The notes under the pieces were generated by a model. That model worked only from the letters and a program-made list of their open reading frames with translations. It was not told where the DNA came from and did not search any database. A DNA stretch of 64,000 nt from Gemmatimonadota bacterium (lineage in GTDB: Bacteria > Gemmatimonadota > Gemmatimonadetes > Gemmatimonadales > GWC2-71-9), in contig JBEPVA010000002.1 in NCBI GenBank assembly GCA_041691295.1, positions 4,271 through 68,270 on the forward strand, read 5' to 3'. Positions 51,689-60,628 of this stretch are shown piece by piece. The translations under genes and the position numbers were made by a program. Positions within the stretch are counted from its first letter, which is position 1; every line of letters starts with the position of its first letter.

Positions 51689-52138
51689 ATGAACCGCCTT
51701 CGATTGTTCGTCATCGTCGCCCTCCTGGCCATGACCGGCCGGGCCACTCTCAACGCCCAGTCAGCTGCGCCACAACTGATGAAGGCTGACCGCGATTTTG
51801 CCACAGCCGTGGCGGCGCATGGCGTCGATGCCTGGGTGGCCGCCTTTGCGCCGGATGGGATCCAGATCGATGAGGCAGGAATTACCAGGGGCTCGGATGC
51901 CATCCGGCAGCTGATGGCCGGCGCCCTGGCCGACCCCAAGACCCTGCTCGACTGGCAGCCGGTGTCGGCCATCGCGGCGGGGTCGAATGATCTGGGGTAC
52001 ACCATCGGCAAGTGGCAGGTCCGGCTGCGCGCCAAGCGCGACAGCGTGCTGGCGCACGGGAACTATCTGACGGTCTGGAAGAAACAGCCCGACGGAAGCT
52101 GGAAGGCGGCGGTGGATATCGGGAATCCGGAGAAATAG
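51689..52138 (+). CDS. secreted DUF4440/SnoaL-like (NTF2-fold) protein
   Basis: Signal peptide MNRLRLFVIVALLAMTGRATLNA, then ..DRDFATAVAAHGVDAWVAAFAPDG.. ..YLTVWKKQPDGSWKAAVDIGN.. typical of DUF4440. Confidence 0.65.
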   Translation: MNRLRLFVIVALLAMTGRATLNAQSAAPQLMKADRDFATAVAAHGVDAWVAAFAPDGIQIDEAGITRGSDAIRQLMAGALADPKTLLDWQPVSAIAAGSNDLGYTIGKWQVRLRAKRDSVLAHGNYLTVWKKQPDGSWKAAVDIGNPEK

Positions 52139-52140
52139 AC

Positions 52141-52265
52141 GGACAGGCGGACAGGCGGACAGGCGGACAGGCGGACAGGCGGACAGGCGGACCGAAACTA
52201 ATTAACGGTTCGCCATCTCGTCGCTCGTCGCTCGTCGCTCGTCTCTCGTCTCTAGTCTCTCGTCT
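52141..52265. repeat. (GGACAGGC)x5 perfect octamers ... (TCGTCKC/TAGTCTS)x8 heptamers
   Basis: GGACAGGC x5 at 52141-52180. TCGTCGC x3, TCGTCTC x2, TAGTCTC, TCGTCTG, TAGTCTG at 52210-52265. Central AACGGTTCGCCATC. Confidence 0.9.
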
Positions 52266-52288
52266 GTAGTCTGCCTACCTTCTCACCC

Positions 52289-54055
52289 ATGCTCCCGTCC
52301 GACTCCGCTGTCCCGCTGGCCGGCAGCGGTGAGCCCGCCGCCGCTCTGCTGCAAGCCGCCATCACGGTCGGCCTGGCCGTTCTTTGTGCCCAGCTTTATC
52401 GCCGCTATCAGAAGCCCTACCTCCGCTGGTGGGCCGTGGCCTGGTCGCTGTACGCGCTGCGGTTGGCAGCCATCATCACCTTCCTCCGCACCGGTGGCAG
52501 GGGCTGGCTGTACTGGCACCAGGCCATCACCGGCTGGACGGCGCTGGTGCTGCTCTGGACGGCGCTGGTCTTCTCCCGACAGCCCCGCTGGCGATCATGG
52601 TATCTCATCCTCGTACTGTTCCCGCCGGCCTGGGCCTTCGTGGCGATCTACGGTCTCGATCGCTTCATGCTGGTCGCGGTGCCCGCGGTGGTCTTTCTCA
52701 GCATCGCCACCCTCTGGACCGGCTGGGTTTTCTATCGCGATCACCGCGATACCGGTTCCACCGGTTCAGCGATCCTGGCCGGCGCATTCTGTCTGTGGGG
52801 CTTGCACCATCTCGACTATCCGCTGCTCCGGGCCCGCGGGGCGCTCAATCCCTGGAGCTATTACCTCGATATCTGTTTCCTGCTCGCGGTCGCCACCGGT
52901 CTGCTGACCCTGGTGATCGAAGACGCCAGGCGCGGGCTGGCGGCGCTGTCGGCGCTGTCGGATGGATTGGCCGAGGCGGCCGATGGCAATCCGGTCGATG
53001 CGCTGCTGGCGGGTGCGGCTTCGTTGCGCGGGGTCCGCGGCAGCGCCATGTACAGCGGCGAGGAGCGGCGATTCGTGCGCGGCACCGGCGCCTGCGCCAG
53101 CTGGGTGGGGCAGGTTCCGGCCGGCGCCGCCGCCGATGCGGTCGACGAAGCGCTGGCGTCCGGGCGGCCCAAGCTGTCAGCCGGCTGGAGTGCCGCCGAT
53201 GCCCCGGGCGGCCCCTACCCCTGGGCCGCTGTACTGCCGGTACTCCAGGGGCAGGCTCCGGCTGGAGCACTGGTGATCGTGAGCGCGGCCCGCGATCCCT
53301 TCACCGCGGTGGATGAGCGGTTCCTCCGCGCCTTTGGCCGCCAGGCCGGCGCTGCGCTGGAGCGGGCCGATCTGGCCCTCCGTCTCCGCCAGCGCACCGC
53401 CGATCTCGAGCGCCTCTCGGCCCGGATGGTCCGCCAGCACGAGGAGGAACGGCGGCGGCTTTCCCTCGAACTCCACGACGAAACGGCCCAGGTCTTTGCG
53501 GCCGTGAAGATGCAACTTGGTGTGGCCCGCGAGCAGGCTGGACCGGAACTGGCCAGCCGGCTTGACCGCTCCCTCGAACTGGTCGATACCGGCCTGCACA
53601 GCATCCGACGGGTGACCGACAGCCTGCGGCCCGCCCTGCTCGATGACATCGGGCTGGTGCCAGCCCTGCGTTCCCTGGTGGCGGACTTCCGGGAGCAGAG
53701 CGGTCTCAGCATCGTGGTGCAGGTGCCCGACCACGCCCCTATCCTCAATGCCGATGCGGACGTCGCCCTGTTCAGGGCCCTGCAGGAAGGGCTGGCTAAC
53801 GTGGCCCGCCACGCCGCGGCCGAAGAAGTCCGGGTTGAACTCACGACCGATGGTACCGACGTGACCCTGCGCATCCGGGACGATGGCGTGGGTCTCGATC
53901 TCGGCGTCCTCGCCGGCAAGGCGCGGCAGGGACACGCCGGGTTGGTCGGGATGCGGGAACGGGTCGAGACGCTCGGTGGCGCCGTGGATATCGTCAGTGT
54001 GCCGGGCGGCGGGTTGCAACTCTCGATCCGGCTGCCGGAAGTGAGCGCCGCATGA
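52289..54055 (+). CDS. sensor histidine kinase, HisKA_3 (NarX/LiaS-type) with N-terminal multi-TM sensor and GAF-like domain
   Basis: Six or so N-terminal helices, then ..RRRLSLELHDETAQVF.. (HisKA_3 H-box), ..ALQEGLANVARHA.., ..DDGVGL.., ..GLVGMRERVETLGG.. Confidence 0.85.
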   Translation: MLPSDSAVPLAGSGEPAAALLQAAITVGLAVLCAQLYRRYQKPYLRWWAVAWSLYALRLAAIITFLRTGGRGWLYWHQAITGWTALVLLWTALVFSRQPRWRSWYLILVLFPPAWAFVAIYGLDRFMLVAVPAVVFLSIATLWTGWVFYRDHRDTGSTGSAILAGAFCLWGLHHLDYPLLRARGALNPWSYYLDICFLLAVATGLLTLVIEDARRGLAALSALSDGLAEAADGNPVDALLAGAASLRGVRGSAMYSGEERRFVRGTGACASWVGQVPAGAAADAVDEALASGRPKLSAGWSAADAPGGPYPWAAVLPVLQGQAPAGALVIVSAARDPFTAVDERFLRAFGRQAGAALERADLALRLRQRTADLERLSARMVRQHEEERRRLSLELHDETAQVFAAVKMQLGVAREQAGPELASRLDRSLELVDTGLHSIRRVTDSLRPALLDDIGLVPALRSLVADFREQSGLSIVVQVPDHAPILNADADVALFRALQEGLANVARHAAAEEVRVELTTDGTDVTLRIRDDGVGLDLGVLAGKARQGHAGLVGMRERVETLGGAVDIVSVPGGGLQLSIRLPEVSAA

Positions 54056-54705
54056 CCGCAGTCATTCGGGTGCTGGTGGCCGATGATCACAGCGTGGTGC
54101 GCGAGGGATTGCGCCATGTGCTGGCCGGCGCGCCGGGATTCGAAGTCGTGGCAGAAGCAGCCACCGCGGCCGAGGCCATTGCCCTGGCCGAACGACATAC
54201 GCCCGATGTGCTGGTATTGGATATTTCGATGCCCGGCGGGTCGGGGCTGGGCGTGGTCGAGGAGATTCGGCGACGACTGCCCGATGTCCGGATCCTGATG
54301 CTCAGTATTCATGACCAGCGCGAATACGTGGTCGAGAGTGTCCGGGCCGGCGCCCACGGGTACCTGCGCAAGGATTCCACCCCGGCCGAACTGCGGGCCG
54401 CGATCACGGCGGTGCATCGTGAGGGCGCCTACTTCAGTCCCTCCGTGGCCCGACACCTCGGCGCCGCCCTCCGGGGCGATGCCGGCACCGCAATCGAGAA
54501 CGCCGGGCCCACCCTGACCCCCCGCGAGCGCGAGGTCCTGGTCCGGGTCGCCCGCGGCCTGACCAACAAGGAAACCGCCGCCGAACTCGGCATCAGCACC
54601 CGCACTGTCGAAGCCCACCGCGACAGTCTGTCCCGCAAACTTGGCATCAAGACCGTGGCGGGGCTTACCCGTTACGTCATGGAACAGGAGATGGGGCAAT
54701 CGTAG
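54052..54705 (+). CDS. NarL/LuxR-family response regulator
   Basis: REC (..VLVADDHSVVREGL.., ..VLVLDISMPGGSG..) plus a LuxR HTH (..LTPREREVLVRVARGLTNKETAAELGISTRTVEAHR..). ATGA overlap with the kinase. Confidence 0.9.
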   Translation: MTAVIRVLVADDHSVVREGLRHVLAGAPGFEVVAEAATAAEAIALAERHTPDVLVLDISMPGGSGLGVVEEIRRRLPDVRILMLSIHDQREYVVESVRAGAHGYLRKDSTPAELRAAITAVHREGAYFSPSVARHLGAALRGDAGTAIENAGPTLTPREREVLVRVARGLTNKETAAELGISTRTVEAHRDSLSRKLGIKTVAGLTRYVMEQEMGQS

Positions 54706-54722
54706 TCCGCAGTCCGTAGTCC
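54702..54722. repeat. short heptamer array (GYAGTCC)x3 starting on the response-regulator stop codon
   Basis: GTAGTCC GCAGTCC GTAGTCC. The TAG stop is at 54703-54705. Confidence 0.7.
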
Positions 54723-54779
54723 TCCGATCTACCTACGTAGCACCCGCAATGGCGTCGCATGAATCGAATGCTAGAATCT

Positions 54780-54826
54780 GTCACTGGTCACGGCTCACGG
54801 GGGTCGGATGATTGAGGACCAGTGAC
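54780..54826. promoter_or_regulatory. 10-bp perfect inverted repeat GTCACTGGTC / GACCAGTGAC (27-nt spacer) upstream of membrane protein gene
   Basis: 54780-54789 and 54817-54826 are exact reverse complements. Additional GTCAC/GTGAC copies are adjacent. A TAGAAT -10-like hexamer lies just upstream (54771-54776). Confidence 0.4.
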
Positions 54827-54828
54827 TC

Positions 54829-55587
54829 GTGACCGCTGGCTCTCGGCACACCCTCCCATCACCTCGAAAAATGATGCCCGGCTTCATCTCCTACATCCCG
54901 ATCGCCACAACGATCCTCGCCCTGACGTTTTCGACACTGCTGTTCCGGCGGTTCCGGGAGCGCGGCGGGCTGCACCTGCTCTGGTGGGGAATCGGGACGT
55001 TGACCTACGCGATGGGGACGGTCGCCGAATCGCTGGTGACGCTGACCGGCTGGAGCGAGGCATTGTTCCGGACCTGGTACATCACGGGGGCGCTGCTGGG
55101 CGGCGCCCCGCTGGCCCAGGGCACGGTCTACCTCCTGCTGCCGAAACGGACGGCCCACGCCCTCGCCGCCATCCTGGTCACCACGGTCGGCGTGGCATCC
55201 CTCTGTGTGCTCCTGGCGCCGCTCAGATTCGACCTGGTCGAGCAGCACCGGCTGTCTGGTCAGGTGCTCGGGTGGCAATGGGTGCGGTGGTTCAGTCCGT
55301 TCATCAATACCTACGCCTTTTTCTTCCTGGTCGGGGGCGCCCTGACCTCGGCCGTGCGCTACGCCGACCGGCCCGACACCCGTCAGCGGTTCATTGGCAA
55401 TCTGCTGATCGCGCTGGGGGCACTGCTCCCCGGTATTGGCGGGACCTTCACCCGGTTCGGTCATACCGAGGTGCTGTACGTGACGGAGTTCGTGGGACTG
55501 TGGCTGATCTTTCTGGGATATCGCGCGGTCATCTACGACCCTGCCACACGGTCCGTCACTTCGCTCGGCCGCTCCGCCGCGGCCTGA
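54829..55587 (+). CDS. hypothetical polytopic membrane protein
   Basis: 252 aa with repeated hydrophobic helices (..ISYIPIATTILALTFSTLLF.., ..LLWWGIGTLTYAMGTV..). The start is uncertain (GTG 54829, or Met-Met at about 54871). No family recognised. Confidence 0.5.
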   Translation: MTAGSRHTLPSPRKMMPGFISYIPIATTILALTFSTLLFRRFRERGGLHLLWWGIGTLTYAMGTVAESLVTLTGWSEALFRTWYITGALLGGAPLAQGTVYLLLPKRTAHALAAILVTTVGVASLCVLLAPLRFDLVEQHRLSGQVLGWQWVRWFSPFINTYAFFFLVGGALTSAVRYADRPDTRQRFIGNLLIALGALLPGIGGTFTRFGHTEVLYVTEFVGLWLIFLGYRAVIYDPATRSVTSLGRSAAA

Positions 55588-57086
55588 TCGGCGGGGCTTG
55601 CCAGCCCGCCTCTGACCCCGCCGCCCTTCAGGCCGATTGCGTCCGACAATCGGCTTGCCAGCCACTCCGCTGACCGCAGGTCACGCAGCCCGCTCGCGGC
55701 ACTCCGGCTGCTGCCGTCAGCCAGTGTCAGTTGCAGATCGTAGTAGGCCTTGTTGCCGGCGGTCATTCCCACCTTCGGGCTGATCTGGCGGATCTCCCTC
55801 GGCGTGTAACGACTGGTTCCGGCCCAGGGACCGACTCCCGATACCACTGTCAGTCCGCTCGAATCCGCACTGAGGGTGGCGTGCCCGAGCCATGCCCACA
55901 GCACCATCCAGAGCAGCAGTAGTTCGAAGCCTCCAAACACAATGCGAAAGAGCACTGGTGCGTGCGCCGAGAAGAGCGCGGCGACCACCCCACTCCAGAT
56001 CAGGGTGAACCCGGTGATACCGGCTGCCACCCCGATGTTGCGGGCCATCGGAAAATCCACTTCGATCGCGGTCAGCCGCTCGACGATACGGAACGGCGCA
56101 TTGGCGGGCGGCCGGTACTCCGCGATTTCCTGCTGTTCCCTGACCACCAGCTCGGCGGGCGCGGTCTGATCGCTCTCGGCGGTGCGAAAGACCGGCACCT
56201 CGAAGCTGGCGTCATAGTCCACGCCGGGCAGGGCCGCGGAGGCTTCGAGCTGCCAGACCACCTTGTTGCGGGAATCCGATTCGTCGGTGGCAAGCGCGTC
56301 GGCGGGAATGCTGATCACGAACGGGATCGTGGCGGAGTCGGAATCCCGGCCAACTCCGGGAATCTGTTGTTCGTCCTGCCAGAGGATCGTGGTGGTGGTC
56401 GACGTGTTCTTTCCATTGCGACGGACCACCACCCGCGAACAGGTCAGCGTCAGCGTGACCCCTTCGGTCGCCTCAAAGGCGTGAGGCACCCGGATCCGGC
56501 CGGCGATTTCCCGCCCGATCGACGCCGGCACCGCCACCAGCTCGAGCACCGAGCGGCCGAACCGATGGGCCCGCATCGAGGCGTGAATGGCGCCCGCCAG
56601 CAGACCCAGTCCGATCAGCGGGAACAGCAGAATCAGCCACGCCGCCTTCTGCTCAGAGTGAATGCCCTGGCTGACGAACGCGATCGAGACCGGCAATGCG
56701 ATCAGGTTCCACAACAGGGCGAATATCCAGAGCCCCATCGAGGCGTAACGGTTGCGGTCTTCGACCCGGCGGCTGGCCCAGTCTTCACGCCAGAGCCAGG
56801 GCTGACCGGGAGCGGCCGCAACCCTGGCGGCTTTTTGATCAGCGAGCTTGCGGGCCTTGCTGCTCGCGATGATCAGCCCGACCCCGACTGTGGTGAACAT
56901 CAGCCCCGCGATTCCAGGACCGATGGACTCGGTCAGTCGGCCCTGCGCGGCCAGGCGGATGCCCTGAACCAGGGCAATGATTCCGCCTGCCGCGAATGGC
57001 AGCGCAAACAGGAGCATGCACCCCTGGGTCAGTAGCGGCGAGGCACCGTTCGTCGCGGCCGAGCGGGTCTGGGTCGGAAAGGTCAT
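55533..57086 (-). CDS. hypothetical membrane protein (517 aa) translationally coupled to rhodanese
   Basis: True start taken at ATG 57086 (MTFPTQTRS..), which overlaps the rhodanese stop (ATGA). The upstream 181 codons of track ORF 55533..57629 overlap sseA in another frame. Several TM pairs flank a soluble beta-rich middle part. Confidence 0.55.
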   Translation of the reverse strand: MTFPTQTRSAATNGASPLLTQGCMLLFALPFAAGGIIALVQGIRLAAQGRLTESIGPGIAGLMFTTVGVGLIIASSKARKLADQKAARVAAAPGQPWLWREDWASRRVEDRNRYASMGLWIFALLWNLIALPVSIAFVSQGIHSEQKAAWLILLFPLIGLGLLAGAIHASMRAHRFGRSVLELVAVPASIGREIAGRIRVPHAFEATEGVTLTLTCSRVVVRRNGKNTSTTTTILWQDEQQIPGVGRDSDSATIPFVISIPADALATDESDSRNKVVWQLEASAALPGVDYDASFEVPVFRTAESDQTAPAELVVREQQEIAEYRPPANAPFRIVERLTAIEVDFPMARNIGVAAGITGFTLIWSGVVAALFSAHAPVLFRIVFGGFELLLLWMVLWAWLGHATLSADSSGLTVVSGVGPWAGTSRYTPREIRQISPKVGMTAGNKAYYDLQLTLADGSSRSAASGLRDLRSAEWLASRLSDAIGLKGGGVRGGLASPADQAAAERPSEVTDRVAGS

Positions 57087-57955
57087 GGCGGCGAGGCCGG
57101 CCCGGTTTCGACCGGCGTATCCTCGCGGGCGCCCCACTCCGACCAACTCCCATCGTATACTGATACCGATTCGGCGCCGAGCTGCTCCAGGGCCAGCGCC
57201 AGGGCGCAGGCGCTCACGCCCGAGCCGCAACTGAGAATGACGGGCCGTCCCACATCGATCCCGGCGGCCGAGAAGCGCCGTCGCAGTTCCGCTGCGGGCA
57301 GCAGGCGGCCGTCGGGGCCAACCAGTTCCTGGTGTGGCAGGTTCCGGCTGCCTGGCAGGTGACCGCCTCGCAGTCCGGGCCGAGGTTCGGGCGCTGTGCC
57401 TTCGAACCGCCCTTGCGAGCGAGCGTCGACGATCTGGACCGCGCCGGAATGAACCGCCTGCCGGATAGCCGCAAGGTCCCGCACCGCGCAACCGTTGCGC
57501 TGGGCGCGGAACCGTCCCGGCGGGAGTGTCTGTGGTCCTGATTCGACAGGACGGCCTTCGCGCAGCCAGCGCTGGAATCCGCCATCCAGCACCGTGGTCC
57601 GTTCGTGCCCGAAGGTTCGCAGCATCCACCAGGCTCGTCCGGCGCTCACGTTGGTGCCTGAGCTGTCGTAGACCACAATAAGATCGTCGTCCGACACCCC
57701 GAGCGCTTCCATCCTGGCGCTGAACTGCCGTGCTGACGGCAGCATGTGAGGCAGCGGCGTGTCCGGATCGCTGCTGGCGTCATGATCGAAGAACAATGCG
57801 CCGGGGATATGCGCCGCCAGGAATTCGGCGCCGGGATCACGTCCAGCCTGGGGGAGGTACCACGACGCGTCGAGGACCCGAACGCCAGGCTCGGTGAGCC
57901 AGCTGGCAAGACGGTCCGGATCGGTCAATGTGGGGATGGAGGATGGCAGGGCCAT
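57083..57955 (-). CDS. sseA: 3-mercaptopyruvate/thiosulfate sulfurtransferase (tandem rhodanese)
   Basis: ..VRVLDASWYLP...HIPGALFFD.. and the active-site loop ..VILSCGSGVSAC.. (CG[ST]GV[ST]A). Confidence 0.85.
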   Translation of the reverse strand: MALPSSIPTLTDPDRLASWLTEPGVRVLDASWYLPQAGRDPGAEFLAAHIPGALFFDHDASSDPDTPLPHMLPSARQFSARMEALGVSDDDLIVVYDSSGTNVSAGRAWWMLRTFGHERTTVLDGGFQRWLREGRPVESGPQTLPPGRFRAQRNGCAVRDLAAIRQAVHSGAVQIVDARSQGRFEGTAPEPRPGLRGGHLPGSRNLPHQELVGPDGRLLPAAELRRRFSAAGIDVGRPVILSCGSGVSACALALALEQLGAESVSVYDGSWSEWGAREDTPVETGPASPP

Positions 57956-57970
57956 CCCCTATTCTACTGT

Positions 57971-59596
57971 GTGCCCACCGCCGCGCCCAGCCGTCTGACC
58001 CATCTGCTGCTCCTGATTCTCGCCGTCGGCGCCCTGGCGGTGGTGCTGGCTGTGCTGCCGTATCGCACCTTCGAGCTCGATCGTTTCTTCATTCCGAAGG
58101 AAGTGGTGCTACACAACACTGCGTTGCTGGCCGGGCTGGTCGCCTGTATCGGGCTGCGCCAGCTAAGGTTGTCCGCGGCGGATGATGTGCTGCTCGCCTT
58201 TTTTGCCCTCTCGCTATTGTCCGGATTGCTCGCCGGCAACGGCTGGCTCGCCTTTCGTGGCATCAGCATCACCCTCTCCAGCCTCGTCGTGTTCTGGACC
58301 TGCCGCCGCCTTGCCTCGAACGGGCTGGGTCGGCCGATGGTGGCCATCCTGGTCATCGGCACCCTGGTCGGCGCCGGCACCGCGCTGCTGCAGGCCTACG
58401 GGCTCAGCAGCGACATGTTCAGCCTCAGTCGAGCGCCGGGCGGCACCTTCGGCAACCGGAATTTCATGGCGCACCTGGCCGCCATCGGCCTGCCGCTGGT
58501 CGTGGCCCTCACGCTCCAGACCCGCAATCGAATCGCGGGGCTCGCCGGGGCGGCCGCGGTGCTGGTCCTCACCGGTGCCGTGGTCATCACCCGGAGCCGG
58601 GCCGCCTGGCTCGGCATGGCCTCCTCGATGGTGTTCTTCGCGATCGCGGGACTGTGGATCGGCGGGTTGGCCCGGGATCCACAGATTCGGCGGCGGCTCG
58701 GGATGCTGGGGGCCGGTGCGTTCCTCGGGGCGGCGCTCGCGCTGGCCCTGCCCAACAGCCTCAACTGGCGCTCCGATTCGCCCTACCTCGAAACCCTGCA
58801 TGACGTGGCCAACTATAAGGAAGGGAGTGGCAAGGGACGACTGCTGCAGTATGAGAACACCCTGCGGATGTCACTGGCCCATCCGATCCTCGGTGTGGGC
58901 CCGGGCAACTGGGCGGTGAGCTACCCGCGCTATGCGCCAAAGCGCGATCCATCACTCGATCAGGATGACGGGATGGCGTCGAATCCATGGCCCAGCAGTG
59001 ACTGGATGACTTTCCTGTCGGAACGCGGGATATTCGCCACGGCGTGCCTGCTGCTGGCGCTGCTCGGCCTGGGCATCCGCAGCTGGCGCCGGTGGCAGAG
59101 CAGTCCGCTCAAGGTCGACAATCTGCAGATCCTGGCCCTGCCCGCAGTGCTGCTCGCGGCCGTGACCTGCGGCGCCTTTGACGCGGTACTGGTTCTCCCG
59201 ATTCCGGCGCTGTATGTCTGGGCCGCGGCCGGAGTGCTCTCGCCAGTGGAGCCAGGGGCCGGCCGGGTGGTCGAGCTGTCGGGGCGGCGGCGAGTCTGGC
59301 TGGTGGGAAGCTTCGCGGTGTTCGGCGTGGCGGCAGCGGTGCGGAGCGGAATGCAGGCCGCCGCCATGGGTGCCTACGAGCAGGCCTGGAAGATCGGTGA
59401 TGCGGAACGGGCGGCCAGGCTCGATCCCGGCAGCTACCGGATCCGGATGTTTCTGGCCCAGCGCTACTACAGCCGCGGTGACTGCGTCCGCACCCGGCTG
59501 CACGCCAGCAGGGCCCACGACCTCTTCCCGGAGGCGCCTCGGCCCAAGCGGCTGCTGGCCGCCTGCGGCGCGCCCCGATCGTCAGGCGACCACTGA
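57971..59596 (+). CDS. O-antigen ligase (Wzy_C)-like polytopic membrane protein with C-terminal TPR-like tail
   Basis: Many TM helices and the Wzy_C-like ..VITRSRAAWLGMASSMVFFAIAGL.. The start is uncertain: an in-frame GTG at 57971 is chosen because upstream codons overlap sseA. Confidence 0.65.
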   Translation: MPTAAPSRLTHLLLLILAVGALAVVLAVLPYRTFELDRFFIPKEVVLHNTALLAGLVACIGLRQLRLSAADDVLLAFFALSLLSGLLAGNGWLAFRGISITLSSLVVFWTCRRLASNGLGRPMVAILVIGTLVGAGTALLQAYGLSSDMFSLSRAPGGTFGNRNFMAHLAAIGLPLVVALTLQTRNRIAGLAGAAAVLVLTGAVVITRSRAAWLGMASSMVFFAIAGLWIGGLARDPQIRRRLGMLGAGAFLGAALALALPNSLNWRSDSPYLETLHDVANYKEGSGKGRLLQYENTLRMSLAHPILGVGPGNWAVSYPRYAPKRDPSLDQDDGMASNPWPSSDWMTFLSERGIFATACLLLALLGLGIRSWRRWQSSPLKVDNLQILALPAVLLAAVTCGAFDAVLVLPIPALYVWAAAGVLSPVEPGAGRVVELSGRRRVWLVGSFAVFGVAAAVRSGMQAAAMGAYEQAWKIGDAERAARLDPGSYRIRMFLAQRYYSRGDCVRTRLHASRAHDLFPEAPRPKRLLAACGAPRSSGDH

Positions 59597-59613
59597 TGCG
59601 GTCGATGCGAAGA

Positions 59614-59643
59614 GGGCCGGATTCGCGTTCGCGATACCGGCCC
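59614..59643. terminator. hairpin between convergent O-antigen-ligase-like and yceI genes
   Basis: GGGCCGG..TCGCG-TT-CGCGA..CCGGCCC: a 7-bp outer stem plus a 5-bp inner stem with a 2x2 internal loop. Confidence 0.5.
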
Positions 59644-59686
59644 CCGAGCACCGCTTCGTCGGTCCCCCCGCCCGCTGCCCCTCTCG

Positions 59687-60271
59687 TTACTGACGATTCT
59701 CCTCGATCGAAATACTGACCTCGACATCATCCCCCAGCATCACGCCCCCGCCTTCGACCGCCCGATTCCAGGTGATGCCAAAATCGATCCGATTGATCGT
59801 GGTCGCCGCCTCGAATCCGACCTTGCCGCCGGCGGCGCCGAGGTAGCTGCCTGTGAGCACTACCGGCTTGGTCACACCACGCATGGTGAGATCACCGGTG
59901 ATGGTGACGGTTGGGCCACTGACTTCGACCCTGGTGCTCTTGAAGGTGATCTCGGGAAAGCTGTCCACCGCGAAGAACCGGGCCGAGCGCAGATCGGCAT
60001 CGCGCCGATCGTTGGCCGTCGTGATGCTGGCTGACTTGATCACAACCGCCACGCTGCCGGTTGACCAGTCTCCGGGATCACCGGTGATGGTGCCGCTCCA
60101 TTCGCCAAACCGGCCCCGCACCTTGGTCACGAAGTGACGGATCCGGAAGCTCACCTCGGAGTGGTTCATGTCGATCGACCACGCTGCGGGGTCCGTTTGA
60201 ACCGTGCGCCGGGCGGCAACGGGGCGAACCGGTGCCGTGCCCAGTACCACCGCCAGCAATACTGCCAGCAT
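59687..60271 (-). CDS. yceI: YceI family (polyisoprenoid-binding) periplasmic protein
   Basis: ..DMNHSEVSFRIRHFVTKVRGRFGEWSGTI.. and ..VTITGDLTMRGVTKPVVL.. are classic YceI motifs. N-terminal signal peptide. Confidence 0.85.
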   Translation of the reverse strand: MLAVLLAVVLGTAPVRPVAARRTVQTDPAAWSIDMNHSEVSFRIRHFVTKVRGRFGEWSGTITGDPGDWSTGSVAVVIKSASITTANDRRDADLRSARFFAVDSFPEITFKSTRVEVSGPTVTITGDLTMRGVTKPVVLTGSYLGAAGGKVGFEAATTINRIDFGITWNRAVEGGGVMLGDDVEVSISIEENRQ

Positions 60272-60549
60272 CAGGTATCCTCCGAGAGAAATCGTTCAGC
60301 CAGCTGTTCCATTCGATCGTTGTGCCGGGCCCGGGCCTGCTCCAGCAGCCGCTGGACGTGGGGCCACAGCCGCGGTTCACCCCAGCGGTATCCCGTCGCC
60401 GCCTCGGCGCTGGGGGAATCGCCCTGGTTGGCCCCCTCGAGCAGGGCCAGCGCCGCCGCATCGTCGTAGGCCGGATCATCTCGGTCAGGCAGCGAATACC
60501 GCGGCGCAGGGCCGTCGGCGGCGTCTTCGTTGACGAAGGCTCGGGACAT
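60271..60549 (-). CDS. hypothetical small acidic protein
   Basis: 92 aa, MSRAFVNEDAADGPAPRYSLPDRDDP... Its stop abuts the yceI start. No family confidently recognised. Confidence 0.45.
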   Translation of the reverse strand: MSRAFVNEDAADGPAPRYSLPDRDDPAYDDAAALALLEGANQGDSPSAEAATGYRWGEPRLWPHVQRLLEQARARHNDRMEQLAERFLSEDT

Positions 60550-60565
60550 GGTGCGCCTTGCGCAC

Positions 60566-60628
60566 AGCCATCAGCTGTCAGCCTCTAGCCGTTAGCTAAC
60601 GGCCAACGACTAACGGCTAACGACTGCC
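60566..60628. repeat. nine phased heptamers (AGCNNNC / GRCTAAC) with a central 16-nt perfect palindrome
   Basis: AGCCATC AGCTGTC AGCCTCT AGCCGTT AGCTAAC GGCCAAC GACTAAC GGCTAAC GACTGCC. GCCGTTAGCTAACGGC is a perfect palindrome. The array overlaps the serC stop. Confidence 0.85.

Noticed and set aside
52141-52265. Tandem arrays, such as (GGACAGGC)5, (TCGTCGC)n, (CCAGGTT)n and (GGAGAGA)4, considered as possible CRISPR arrays.
   Set aside because: - The units are 7-9 nt and directly abutting, with no unique spacers.
- CRISPR repeats are ~24-40 nt and separated by similar-sized spacers.
- No cas genes are in the window.
52141-52265. Interpreting every purine-arm/pyrimidine-arm element as a simple RNA hairpin terminator.
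   Set aside because: - Complementarity is good for some elements (42084/42185, 62990/63040, 25168/25207).
- At 52141-52265 (GGACAGGC versus TCGTCGC) and 22412-22587 the arms are not complementary. A single hairpin model cannot explain the family.
7009-54699. Many long ORFs antisense to, or out of frame with, the called genes. Examples: 7009..8418(+), 11564..13102(+), 19596..20777(-), 22587..23774(-), 23823..25190(-), 25314..26321(-), 26819..28315(-), 29589..31019(-), 35206..36387(-), 50887..52035(-), 53215..54699(-).
   Set aside because: - Their translations are low-complexity Arg/Pro/Gly/Ala-rich strings with no recognisable motifs.
- They fully overlap ORFs with clear family signatures.
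- Long spurious ORFs on the opposite strand are expected in high-GC DNA, because stop codons are AT-rich.
57087-57629. N-terminal 181 codons of track ORF 55533..57629(-), and similar 5' extensions of ORFs 57746.., 48044.., 49529.., 32620.., 28054.., 45103.. and 46552..
   Set aside because: - The extensions overlap upstream genes in other frames and are Arg/Pro-rich.
- Internal Met or GTG codons give canonical N-termini, signal peptides or ATGA coupling, so the shorter starts were used.
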